62,767 bases of DNA from Guillardia theta CCMP2712 (taxonomy: Eukaryota; Protista; Cryptophyta), in the NCBI RefSeq assembly GCF_000315625.1, contig NW_005434613.1, positions 278,457 to 341,223 of the forward strand, written 5' to 3'. The notes beneath the pieces were generated by a model, which had not been told where the DNA came from, made no database searches, and saw only the letters and a program-made list of their open reading frames with translations. This document shows positions 16,916 through 29,200 of this stretch, piece by piece. Position 1 is the first letter of the stretch. Every line of letters begins with the position of its first letter. The position numbers and the translations under genes are program-made.

Positions 16916-17680
16916 ATGGAAGAGGCTCCAGTGATGGTAGAAGCCGACGATGGCAGCATAGAAGCCGCTGTAGCGATGCCTTCATGTTCTCTTCCTCCCA
17001 GACAGCCCTCCTCCTCCTCCTCTCTCCCTCCTGCTTCCTCCAACCCCTCCCTCCCTGCCTCATTGCCGACAATGCCTGCAGCTGTGCTCTGCCATCCCTG
17101 GGGAAGGCTAGGAGGTTGCATGGACGATCACGTCATCCTCTCTGTGAGGAACGCGCTCGTAGAGCAGGGCTTCCTCGTCTGCCGCTTCAACTTCAGAGGG
17201 GTCGGGCAGTCCAGCGGATCAGCCTCGTTCACCGGTGTATCCGAGAGGCAGAACGTGTTGAGCATATGTAAGTTCCTGCTCGATGGAGCTCCCGTAGCAG
17301 GACGCAAGTTGGCCAAGGTTGAGAAGATCGTCCTCGTGGGCTACTCCTACGGATCTGTGATAGCCTGCAGCGTGGTGGACAAGATGGAGGAGATCGTGGG
17401 GGCGGTTGCCATCAGTTACCCTCTGCGATACACGTGGGCGTTGGTATGCTGGAAATCGAGCAAGTACTGGGATAAGTTTGCGTCTTCCAAGAAGAAGAAG
17501 CTGTTCCTGTACGGCACAGAGGACGATTTCACAGGGAAAGATCAGCTGCATGCTGCCTTCATGAAGTTGGGTCAGCCGGCGGAGGAAGGATGCTATGAAG
17601 GGGTGAACCACTTCTGGGTACGAGGGAAGCAGCAGCTTACGAGTAGGATCAGCGAGTGGGTAAGTGAGGTTGTAAACTAG
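16916..17680 (+). CDS. Alpha/beta-fold hydrolase (COG2945/KANL3-Tex30-like)
   Basis: HPWGRLGGCMDD, RFNFRGVGQS, nucleophile elbow GYSYGS, acid GTEDDF, catalytic His GVNHFW; 254-aa intronless ORF. Confidence 0.88.
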   Translation: MEEAPVMVEADDGSIEAAVAMPSCSLPPRQPSSSSSLPPASSNPSLPASLPTMPAAVLCHPWGRLGGCMDDHVILSVRNALVEQGFLVCRFNFRGVGQSSGSASFTGVSERQNVLSICKFLLDGAPVAGRKLAKVEKIVLVGYSYGSVIACSVVDKMEEIVGAVAISYPLRYTWALVCWKSSKYWDKFASSKKKKLFLYGTEDDFTGKDQLHAAFMKLGQPAEEGCYEGVNHFWVRGKQQLTSRISEWVSEVVN

Positions 17681-17689
17681 TAGGACACT

Positions 17690-20600
17690 TAGAGTTTCTT
17701 CCTTGCTTGACTTGAGACCAAGTTGTTGGGTTCGCGTGCAAGAACTCTGTCGCTCATACCACAAGCATGTGCTCGACCTTCTCCATCCTCGACAAGTTCG
17801 ATGTGATCTTCCCTGCACGCAACGAGCTCTGTGCAGATGCTGCCTGCTGCTCGAGCTCTGATGCGATGATCCTGCTCTGCTCTTCCCATCCTTGCTGACC
17901 GCCTGCGTGAGAGTTATCATCGCCAACTGCCCCATCCATCGCTCAGCTCACCCCCTGAAACTAGCAAGATGGCCTTCATCTTGTGCATGGGATCCTCGAC
18001 GGTGTTTAGCTCGAAGAGCTGGATGCGAGCAGCGTCGATCTTGACTGCACTAGCGACGTCCTGCGTCAGGGCCTGGGAGAGGCAGGAGGGTCAGTTGAGG
18101 GTCGGATGGCAGCTGAATGCCCACCATCTTGAACTCGCTGGCCTTGCCGATCTGAAGGACTCCGATGTCCAAGGGAAGTACCACGAACAAGCCCCTCTGA
18201 TTCTTGGTGTTGATCTTCAACGGAACCTGAGGCTTAGCAGGCGGAACAACTTTGATCGCCTCAGGTGTAGGTGCAACGCTCTTGTGCTGAGGAGGTTGAG
18301 AGACGGCTGGAGCCTGCCGGGGAGGAGAAGCGGCCTGAGGGTTTGCAGGGGGGATGCTTGACACACCGACGACGCCGTTCTGAGGCGCAAGCTTGATGAT
18401 CCTGTGCCTGTCGAAGATCTTGTCGGAGTAGTTGGAGAAGCAAGCAAGCTTCTTCTGAACATTGTCCACGTATCTCTTCATCTCAACGTTCCTTGAAAGA
18501 AAACTGTCGGGGGCCAACCTTAGCACTTGCCCGATGCCCGTAAAGAAGAGCAAATCAGCGATGCAGAGCTCCTGCCCAGCGAAGAAAGGTCCAGGAATCC
18601 TAGCATTGATGTGCAAGAACGCTGGTAGAAGATCAGCGACAAACTTCTCTTCCGAGGCCTTCAAAGCCTCAGGCTGAACCGCCTCTACTCCCAAAGCATC
18701 GGAGAGGATTTGCTGCACGACAAGAGACATCGAACAACCCCAGAACTCCATCGCCAGATCGCAGATGCCGCGAACGTGTGGCTGAGATGGGTAGTAGGAG
18801 TCCAAACGGTGCTTGTCGCATAGATATCTGAGTGCTGCGCAACTTGACCTATACCCCGGTGGTTACTTGAGAATGCCGGGAAACAAAGCGTGAGTTACCA
18901 TAGGATGAATCCATTGTCATTCATGGCAAACGTCTCAGAATTCTGTGTGATGACACTCAGGAGGACAAAGGGAGAATGACAACGAGGAACTTGCCTGCAA
19001 GTGCACGGGCAGCTCGATCTTGTTTGCAATCATTCGTACAACCGTGTGCTCAATCTTGCACTCTTCCATCAGCATCACGAGGCAACCAACCTCTGGTGAC
19101 TTGAGGTTGCCACTGATCTGAATGGGCAACAAAGGAGTAGGGCTTGCTTGCACAAGTTCGACACGATTCACAGATTGAAGAGATGCGGTCTGTGGAACGA
19201 CTACCGGTTTTCGGATGGATTGGAGATTGTCGCTCATGGAAGGGACTTCACCGTATCGGATGGACTTCAGAAGATTTGGGTCTTCACTCTGTTGCGACAC
19301 GTTCTGCACAGCATTGTTGACTGCCTTAGCAACAGCTGCAGAGGCAAGCGAAGACATGCCCTCTTGGTCCATCTCCCCGTTTGCTCCCTGCCCACCGTTG
19401 GTAACGGTCATTCCGTTCTGGCCCGTTCCACGGACTGGCAGACTCTGCAAGCTAGCAACTGGATTTGTTGCCACCAATCTGCGGAATGGTTTGTGTACAG
19501 TCAATTTCACACAGTTCCTCAGTGGAGAGTCGCTGTGATGGAACGGACTGTTCGGGTCTTTGATGTACTGATCGAACTTTGCGCAAAGCTCCTGGAGACC
19601 CATATTATCAATACAACGATGCATTCTTCATGACACAGGAACCTGCGAAGAGGCGTCGCCCTGAGCCATACCCATGTTCATGTTGATGTGGGTGGTGAAT
19701 CCTAGCTCTTGAGTGTCCTCTTTCCAACGCTCTGACCCAACAGGCTGGCGGAATCGAATCAATGCTCGCGTTGAAAGCAAGAACAAGCCTCGTCCGACAT
19801 ACCTCAAGCCTGTACGGGGGCAAGTCGAAGCATTGATTCAATGCGACAACAATCGCAAGCTCAACGTCGTCAGTCCTTGGCTGCAGACAGGGAAAGTTTA
19901 GCTTTCAAAATCGACTTTCACTTGACAAAAAAAAGCAGATAGTTCACCTTGACGTCGATCCAATTTTCGGTGAAGAACAGCGAAAAACCACAATCCAGCT
20001 CCTTATACTGGAGGAATATGAATCACCTAGTGAAGGGCAAGGTATCCGGAATTCACCAGCATCCCAGGCTTCTCATAAATGATGTTCACGAAGAGCTTGC
20101 CAGAGACTTGAACACTGGGCTTTGCTCGATCCTATAAAACTTTTCTCACTAGTCGATAGTACCGAGGGAAGGCCAACCTGTCTAACTTCAAAAGTCTGGT
20201 GCAACTTGAGGCCGGCGTAACTGTCGAGCTTTGCTACATTGAGGTTGACCTCTCCCAAGAAGCTCAGGTCTTCATGGGTAACCTTTGAGTTCCTGGATAA
20301 TCTCGTATCAGCCAAACCACGAGAAGAATGATAAAGACATCACACCACAAGGAAATCTGTAGGATGCTCGCATGAGGAATCTCCACGGGCAGGGAGATTT
20401 CTTCATTGAATTCAGGGTCACAAGTACCACATGACTTCTCGTTTGCTTGAGTAGTTTGGAACGGTCTATCATCCCACCACATTAGCAGAACAACAGTATC
20501 ATTCCAAACAGTGCTTACGTCACAGCTGGCTTCACCAAGTTGACACGGGCGACAACATTGGGCGGGTTGCTGGGGTCGTCCAATCGCAATCCGTTGGCAC

Positions 20601-21153
20601 TCAGCAACTGAATTCTGAGATGCCCAGAAGTGCTGCTCGCAAACTGTTTTGAAAATTCAATGACATGTTGGCAGTAAGAAAGAATTTCGAGCAATGTTTC
20701 TTTCGCAAAACAGAATCTCTCAATAGTCGGGTCTCCCCAACTTTTCGAATGTGATGTATCTCATTGTCTATACACAGCTCATTGTTGTTGTGGAAAAAGA
20801 CATCATTGAATAACAAGTGAAGAGATGTAAAAATCCCAATTCTTCCTTCCACAAATTTGACCTTACTTATGCTGCTGGTTGCATTACACTCACCTTCATT
20901 CTTGCTTTCAATTCATCAAAATTCACAAACAAATCCACTAAGATCTCCACCACTTGCGCATCTCATCGACCTTTTTGCGCTTGATTTCATCCTACTTCAC
21001 CTCCTTACACATTAGACCCCCGCCAGGCTCTGACTCTGCTTCGATGGGATCTGCATTCTTCTCCTCCCCATACCTTGAGCTCCATTCTTCTCTGCTACCA
21101 TCTTCTCCTCTGTCTCCTCTGTCTCCTCTGTCTCCTCTGCCTCCTCGTCTCAT
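17690..21153 (-). CDS. Multi-exon protein with C2 domain and glutathione S-transferase-like domain (boundaries approximate)
   Basis: C2-like exons VLSANGL.., CDPEFNEEISLPV..LQISLW, FLGEVNLNV. GST-like exons SPEVGCLVMLMEECKIEH, NDNGFIL..AALRYLCDKHRLDSYYP, GPFFAGQELCIADLL. All on the minus strand separated by short GT-AG introns. Confidence 0.6.
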
Positions 21154-21224
21154 ACTCCATGGGCCAGCCTCAACATTACCTCGTGCTGCGACATGCCGAT
21201 TGCTGAATCTACGGGTCGTATGCC

Positions 21225-22625
21225 CTAGAAGGTCCTAGCGAGGTCCTAGTGGGGTGAACTGCATGTATCGTAGGAGGTCTTACATCCCTGTTTTGAATCA
21301 TGGTCCTAGTATGGTCCTAGATCCCTATGCTGGAGGGCCTAGGGAGAACCACCCATGGTGGTATTGAACTCCCACCCCCCACCCTTCCATGAAAAAGTAA
21401 AAAAAATCAGATTTTGACGCTTAACGACTCCCAGGGAGTCCTACACTACTGCACCCACCCCATGAAGACTGAGTCTGGCCACTACCAGGTACCCCCTTAC
21501 TTCTAGTCTGAAACTGCCTACGAGCCCCGGCACTGTGACCACCCCACCTCCTCATTTTCACTCAGATTTTTTAAAAAGTCATAGTTGGGGGCCAAAAACT
21601 CATTCACCCCACCCCCCCGGATTTCCAGAAGATTCGCTAGTGGCATGACCCCTCCCTCCACCCTTCACTGCGGCCTTCACTGAAGCCCATCGGAAGTTCC
21701 GGTTGGCAACAACTATTACTTAACTATCATACAGTACTAAGTTAATAGCGTAACTGGCACTGTGATTCTCTGTTACACTGTGGCAATGATGAGAGGTACA
21801 ACGGCACGGTACGGTCGCCTTTACTCAAAGTTAAGTTAAAAATCAGTACGAGGACAATCAGGCCCTGAGAGTCGAGGAGGCTTGACCCTGACCGTCGGAC
21901 ACTGTCGCACAGGCCAAACGGCGAGAAGAGAAAGACAGCGAGAACCAAACCTAATCATAGTAATCCTGCCGACTGCTGTCCCCCAAAACTTAATTGATAC
22001 CTTCACTTAACTGCGCGCAGGACAAGCCTGGAGTCCCCCGCGCCGCGCGCCGCCGGCCATGCCAGCCGATCATCGGATGTCGCTGTGGCCGCCCGGCCGC
22101 CGACATACCGGGATGCACCCGCGATGATGGCAGCGTAGGACAGGGAGGCCTTGAGCGTGACGAAAGATCCTGGACCGGAATGATGCGTTCAAGTTGGAAG
22201 TCGGATCACCTGAAGAAACTTGAAAGGCCTTTGGCGGGACGTGCTGAGCATATGCATTACGATCATCCGATGCCCTCGGATCTTCCGCTGTGTTGCCGCT
22301 TCAGTGCAGTTTGCTCCGAGGCCCTCGAGTCCGGTATTCCATCATTGTCAAAAACATGTGACATGCTGAAGTCCAGTCCAGAATTAACCCAGCGCTATTC
22401 AGTGTGTTTGATGTGCCCGATTATCGGAGGTGACCTGCAAAGTTAAGTGACTCCGGCCGGCTGAGTGAGTAATGATTCAACACTAGGCTAACTCAGTAAA
22501 ACTCGAGTTTGCTAGTCACTTCGTGACTAACTACTAGCCAGTGCCGTCGTACTTTGATAAGTTTCAAAGTTTGAATTGAGTCACTGAGGGTGGCACCGGC
22601 TGGCGCACGGTATCCGGGCCCGGAT
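21225..22625. other. Intergenic C-rich (CACCCC/TACCC) patch followed by palindrome-dense GC core; GGTCCTAG cluster at left edge
   Basis: GGTCCTAG x4 at 21231-21320, C-run words 21350-21700, CCGG/GATC/AGTC micro-palindromes 21860-22625. Confidence 0.55.
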
Positions 22626-22644
22626 GACGAAACTGCGGTGGGCG

Positions 22645-25290
22645 ATGCGGTGGGTTGGAGCAGGCGGGTGGCTCGGAGGGCTGAAGCTGATCCTGAGAGG
22701 AGGCGAAATACGTGGAGTATCCAGCAGGTTCATCATCTTTACTCTCACCTCTACTTCCTCCTTTGTACTTGTTTCTTCTGCACTACTTCCTGCAATCTCT
22801 CTATTTCCACACACGATTGCTTGCTTTTCCTCAAGTCAAGTATCGCTTCTCATCCTTTTGCAGGAAGTTGATGGGAGGGATCGATAAAGATTTTCCATCA
22901 TCGACAGGAGCAATCCATCTGTCGAACAGCCTGAACGGAAAGAAGGAAGAGGTTCCCCGCGGGAGGACGCTCACGTGGTACACGTGCGGGCCAACCGTTT
23001 ACGATCACTCCCACGTTGGGCATGCTCGAGCTTATGTAGCTCTTGACATTGTCAGACGTGTCTTGTTGAGACATGGCTACAGTATCTTCCAGGTGAACAA
23101 TCACTGCGATGGACTGTCAGTGAATTAATGCTAGGTTATGGGCATGACCGACGTGGATGATAAGATTATCGCCAAGTCAAAAGCTGAGAACTTGGCCGGT
23201 GTTGAGGGCTCCATGGCCATAGCAAGGAGATTCGAGCAAGCATTCTTCAACGACATGCAGTCCATGAACATCCTGCCGCCTGACGCGATCACCCGCGTCT
23301 CCGAACACATACCTGAGATCGTAAAGTTTATCCGTGACCTTCGAGAGAAAGGATATGCATACGTGGGGGAGAAGAGTGGCACCGTCTGGTTCGATACGAC
23401 AGCATATGGTTCCAAGTATGCCGTGTTTGAACCGCTTCGAGCTCAAGAGGATGCTTCCAAAGTATGTCTCGATAGTGCTTTCCACTGGCTTCTACTTACA
23501 ACCGATAGGAGGACCAAGACTCTGAGAAGAAAAGCCCAAGAGACTTCGCGCTATGGAAACCTGTGTGTGGCTATTCCTTGTATATCTATCACGAGATTAA
23601 AGTCTCAAGCAGGTGGCAAGCATTTCCGAGACTGGGTGGGAAAGTGAGTTGGGACGAGGACGTCCAGGTTTGGATTGATGCAGTTTTGAGTCGTGTGGTC
23701 CTCATAGATGGATAGGCTGGCACATTGAATGCTCCGCTTTTTGTCGCACGATGTTCGGAGAAAAGCCTCCTGCTCCCTATCTTCACTCAGGCGGGCGTGA
23801 TCTCAAGTTCCCTCATCATGAGAATGAGATTGCGCAGAGCCAGGTTTGTTCTGTCCGTCATGTCCTGGTCTTCTATATCTCATTTTCACTCTGAGCAGGC
23901 TTTGCTGAATACAGATAAGTGAGTATAAGCCTTTCGATATCAATACAATAGTGCAATGATTTTTTCACAAAAGATGGGTGTTCCACTGGCTGCATGCTGG
24001 ACAGCTGACTATCAAGGTTTTAATAACACCTTCTCTTTTTCCTCCTAATATGAAATCTTGAGAGGGGTTGAAAATGTCGAAGTCATTGAAGAACTATACA
24101 AGCATACAAGTGCATTTCGATGTCTCTTAGATTCAGATTAATCACTCTTTCGTGATAGGATTTCTTGAAAGCACATTCCTCTCGGACGTTTAGGATATTT
24201 TGTTTGTTGCACAAGTGACTGTGACCTTGTCTGGTGTTTTCTAATCTGACTTCAAGACCAGGTACTCAGCAGATGTGTCTTATGGAGAAGACCGTATGGA
24301 GGATTCCATAGCATGGGAAAAATCGTTTGCAAACTTTTTCAGAGAGCTTGGACCGCTCGCAGAGTAAGGCCACATTGCAGTAATTCACAACAATCACATC
24401 CGGAGCAGGAAGAGATATCCGCACCAAGTATCCAGTGGAATGTTGGATGACTTGAAGTGGGAGGCCAAACATCATGCTCTAAACCAGGCATACCTTCAGT
24501 GCCAGATAGAAAGTGAAGTTGTACCGTGTGCCATCTCCAGGGTCTCTGATCTGCTCCTTGCAGTTCGGGCAGCGCTGGAAGACGACGTGGACACTCCTAC
24601 TGCCATGCGACATTTGAAGTAAGTTGTAACGCTCCTCTCAGAGGCTCTTGTAAAGTTGCAGCTAGAAATCTCATCCGGGACGTGAATGTTTTCCTCCGTG
24701 ATGAGAAGGACATCCAATCAAAATCGAACCTGTGGCCGTTGCTTTCGAACATCAGCCATTTCATTCAGGTACAGACCGCGCTATGATCGCTGTAACTCAA
24801 ACTTTTCCTGGCGTGCAGGATTCTCTCGAGGGATGGGGTGTCGACTGCTCAGATTGGATCAAAACAGGAAACACGGAAGTTGTGGCCAATGAAGATGCTG
24901 TCCCGGCTTTCGATCAGGTAAACCTTCCCCCCCCCCCTCAATTGCGAATGCTTCTGATTCCTCCTCTTCAGGCAATCGAAGTCCTTCTAGCTGTCCGCAA
25001 TGAGCTTCGAAGCACTGCGATCAAACACAAGAAGGCAAAAGTGAAGGATGATGGTGCATTGGCAAACGAACTTCTGGGAATTACGGACAAAATTAGAGAT
25101 TCTTTGTTGCCTGGCATGGGGGTCGAGGTCAAGGATCGCCAAGGGCCGACAGGAGAGGTTGATTCGTTTGAATTCTTCATCTATAGTTTTGAAACTGATC
25201 ATTTCGTCCATCTGACAGATGGTGCATACGTGGACATTCAATCCTAGGTTGATTTCGTCTCAAAAAGATGGCTCGAAACCGGATCCATAG
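22645..25290 (+). CDS. CARS: Cysteinyl-tRNA synthetase (class Ia), probably organellar/mitochondrial, very intron-rich
   Basis: [18 protein letters not shown] (HIGH motif), [58 protein letters not shown] (KMSKS), [27 protein letters not shown]. Arg/Gly-rich N-terminal extension; last exon ends ...KPDP* at 25290. Confidence 0.93.
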
Positions 25291-25499
25291 TGAGTAGCTG
25301 CCATGGAAACTCGTTACATTATAGCGGAGAACAGTTGGGTTGAGTGAATGTGTCGACCAATAGTCTACGCAGTTCGCTCAAAATGATTTCAGTGGGACTT
25401 TCCCCGGATTCGACAATGAAACATTCACTGTAGCCATAGAAGCGATGTACGCAGGTTGGTTCAGAGGAGGTGCCATCTCACTCTAACTCTTTGCTGTTC

Positions 25500-26040
25500 A
25501 CTCCCACCAGCGTGGCGCATCACTTTCCGTTCCTTCATGTGTTGCCGCCACAAACTTTCACACTAATCTAGTTTCTCCTTCACTTTGTGCCACAATCCTG
25601 CTACCCCTCAGTTTTGAACCCCTACCTACCACGGAAGTACTACCCTACAAGAGGCACACTACGCCTGAAATTAACACCCCTTCATTGCCCATTCTGAAAG
25701 GTCTTCAGACCCCTTTCAAAATACCTTACCTTCAAAAGACCCTTCCGACACCAAGAGAGACCCCTTCATCGATGACCCTACCCACCCAACCATCGTCGGA
25801 TATTTTTTGATCTGCCAGTCAAATCGACGACCCCCTCCACCCTCTGATTCTGCAGAGTTGTTCGGCATATTTCAACCCTACCCCTACAATATCAACACAC
25901 CCTACCCCATACCCCATTTCCGCTATACTTTTCACTGTGAGACTTGATAGAATCTCTATGACCCCTACCGTTATCGTGTACCCAGTGTCATACCACCCCA
26001 CCCTACTCGCTAGCGACTATACCCACACATCGCTCGGCAC
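25500..26040. other. C-rich (TACCC/CACCC/GACCC) intergenic patch upstream of surface protein B
   Basis: Reverse-complement compositional counterpart of the 5150-6100 G-rich tract; no supported ORF. Confidence 0.55.
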
Positions 26041-26222
26041 TTTGGCGCAAGTGTCCATGCGGAGAGTGAGGAGACGCAATCAGCGAACTTGTTGATGCCG
26101 GCGCAGAGAGCATCGAGCAGAATCGTGTTGCATGGGGAAGAAAGAAGATGACAGAGGACTGCTGGAATCCAAACCGATCAAGAGAGGGAGAACATTGAAA
26201 GGCAAACCGAACCCCCTTCGCT

Positions 26223-29200
26223 ATGGTTGTGCTTCATTCCACAACTTTGATGCCGATGTCACTGCGGTTTCAAATGAGGCCTTTGGTCGTGGCTTTATTG
26301 TCAATGTACATGCATATACCAGGAGTTGTCACTACGCCGTGTGACGACTATTGTAATACCATCTCGTTGAAGACTGCTTGTCTTCAATGCATGATCAGTA
26401 ACACTGTTGCAAACTGTTTTTGCTATTGGAAAGATGCAGGAAAGTCCGGGAATAGTGCTTGTTCCGAAGCAAGTGGTTGCACTTGTCCATCCAATTCAGG
26501 TGGATCTTTTTGCGCGTGCAACTCCGGATACGTCAGCAATGGCGGAACGTGTACTGAGGCAGGCTGTGGAAACTTGCTACAATGTCTTCCAACCCAAAGC
26601 AGCTGTGCGATTACGAACGCAGATTCATCTTGCAATTGTACAGCAGGTTACACACTATCAGGTACAGCTTGTATTGCTTGTGGATCAGGAACGTATAAGT
26701 CGAGTGCGGGCTACCAAGCTTGCACAAGTTGTCCTATAAATTCGATCTCTCAGCCAGCAAGTGTCAGTTTGACCAACTGTTCATGTAATGCTGGATATTA
26801 TGGGCCATTGGGCGGACCTTGTACTCCATGTGACTCTGGGAAATATAAAAACGAATTGGGTTCAGCAGGTTGTGTGAGTTGCCCAGAAAACTCCTTCTCA
26901 GTGTCAGGTTCGAATATCAGCGGCTGCTTATGCAATAAAGGTTACACTGGCTACAATGGAGGCACTTGCCTTGCTTGCCCCCAGGGTACGTATAAAAACA
27001 CTTCGGGATCTGCACCGTGCTCAAGCTGTCCCGTATTGTCAACATCCAGCGAAGGCAGCGTCAATATTTCCTTGTGCAAGTGTAATTCTGGAGCATATGG
27101 TAACGACGGTTCAAGCTGTGTTGCCTGTGAGCCAGGCACGTACAAAGATGCTATTGGCTCCAACAATTGCACCAAATGCCCACAATTCAGTACCTCAAAT
27201 GCTTCCAGCGTGTCAAAAGATTTGTGCTATTGTGTTGTAGGGTATGAGTATTCCTCAGGATCCTGCACCGCTTGTCCGATGGGAAAATATAAATCGAACA
27301 TTGGAAATTTTAACTGTAGCAGTTGCCCGGACAATTCCACCACGATCAATGAAGCCAGTCCAGCTGCAAGCAACTGCACTTGCATGGCAGGGTTTTTCGG
27401 TCCACAAGGTGGAACATGTCAGCCTTGTCCACCAGGCACTTTTAAAACTACCCCAGGATCACATGCCTGTATGTCTTGCTCAGATTCAGAAATTTTGAAT
27501 TCCACAGATGGTCAACCAACATGCGAGTGTAATATTGGATATTTTCGAAATCTTTCAGGACTTTGTGACGCCTGCCCGGAAGGATACTATAAGAGTATGG
27601 TCGGAAACTATGACTGCACTCCTTGTCCTCCTAACTCAACGTCGTCTAGAGGAAGCAAAGCTTATTCTGATTGTCTCTGTAATTCTGGTTTTACTTCTGT
27701 CGAAGGCTTGGAATGCACTCCATGTGCGGCTGGAACATTCAAGAAATTGATTGGATTTTCAACTTGCATACCTTGTCCTTTGAATTCATATTCGTCTGCA
27801 GCAAGTATATTATGTCAATGCAACGCGGGATACATTGACAACGGAAACGATAGCTGTATTGCATGCCAAGCAGGGAAATATCGAAGTGCTGATTTGCTAA
27901 ATTGTACAGATTGCCCTGGAAATCTTACCTCTGATTTGGGAAGCTCGTCTATTGAACAGTGTACTTGTGATTCTGGCTCGTATTACTCCATCGATGGATT
28001 CTGTAAATCATGTGAAGCTGGAAAATATAAAGCGTTTCCAGGAAAGGATGACTGCATGACGTGTTCAGCCAATTCAACATCAAATCCAGGAGCCATTGCT
28101 TGCGTTTGCAAAGAGGGATATACACCTGTCAATGAACAATGTGTGGCATGTGATACGAACACATACAAAGACATCATCGGAAATCTTTCTTGTAACCTTT
28201 GTCCAAACACCATGATCTCAAATTTTGGAAGCATTTCCGTCAACGATTGTCAATGTGCTCCAGGATACACAAGCACACAGAATCAAAACTGCACCAAATG
28301 CATAGCAAACACGTACAAGAGCGAGGCAGGGTCGGCCACCTGCACGGCCTGTCCGGGCAACGCCAGCAGCCCGCCAGGCAGCGACGCGGTCGAGGCGTGC
28401 AGGTGCAACGCGGGCTACACGGGGCAGGACGGCGGGGAGTGTAGGGCGTGCGAGGCGGGGACGTACAAGAGCGAGGCAGGGTCGGCCAACTGCACGGCCT
28501 GTCCGGGCAACGCCAGCAGCCCGCCAGGCAGCGACGCGGTCGAGGCGTGCAGGTGCAACGCGGGCTACACGGGGCAGGACGGCGGGGAGTGTAGGGCGTG
28601 CGAGGCGGGGACGTACAAGAGCGAGGCAGGGTCGGCCAACTGCACGGCCTGTCCGGGCAACGCCAGCAGCCCGCCAGGCAGCGACGCGGTCGAGGCGTGC
28701 AGGTGCAACGCGGGCTACACGGGGCAGGACGGCGGGGAGTGTAGGGCGTGCGAGGCGGGGACGTACAAGAGCGAGGCAGGGTCGGCCAACTGCACGGCCT
28801 GTCCGGGCAACGCCAGCAGCCCGCCAGGCAGCGACGCGGTCGAGGCGTGCAGGTGCAACGCGGGCTACACGGGGCAGGACGGCGGGGAGTGTAGGGCGTG
28901 CGAGGCGGGGACGTACAAGAGCGAGGCAGGGTCGGCCACCTGCACGGCCTGTCCGGGCAACGCCAGCAGCCCGCCAGGCAGCGACGCGGTCGAGGCGTGC
29001 AGGTGCAACGCGGGCTACACGGGGCAGGACGGCGGGGAGTGTAGGGCGTGCGAGGCGGGGACGTACAAGAGCGAGGCAGGGTCGGCCAACTGCACGGCCT
29101 GTCCGGGCAACGCCAGCAGCCCGCCAGGCAGCGACGCGGTCGAGGCGTGCAGGTGCAACGCGGGCTACACGGGGCAGGACGGCGGGGAGTGTAGGGCGTG

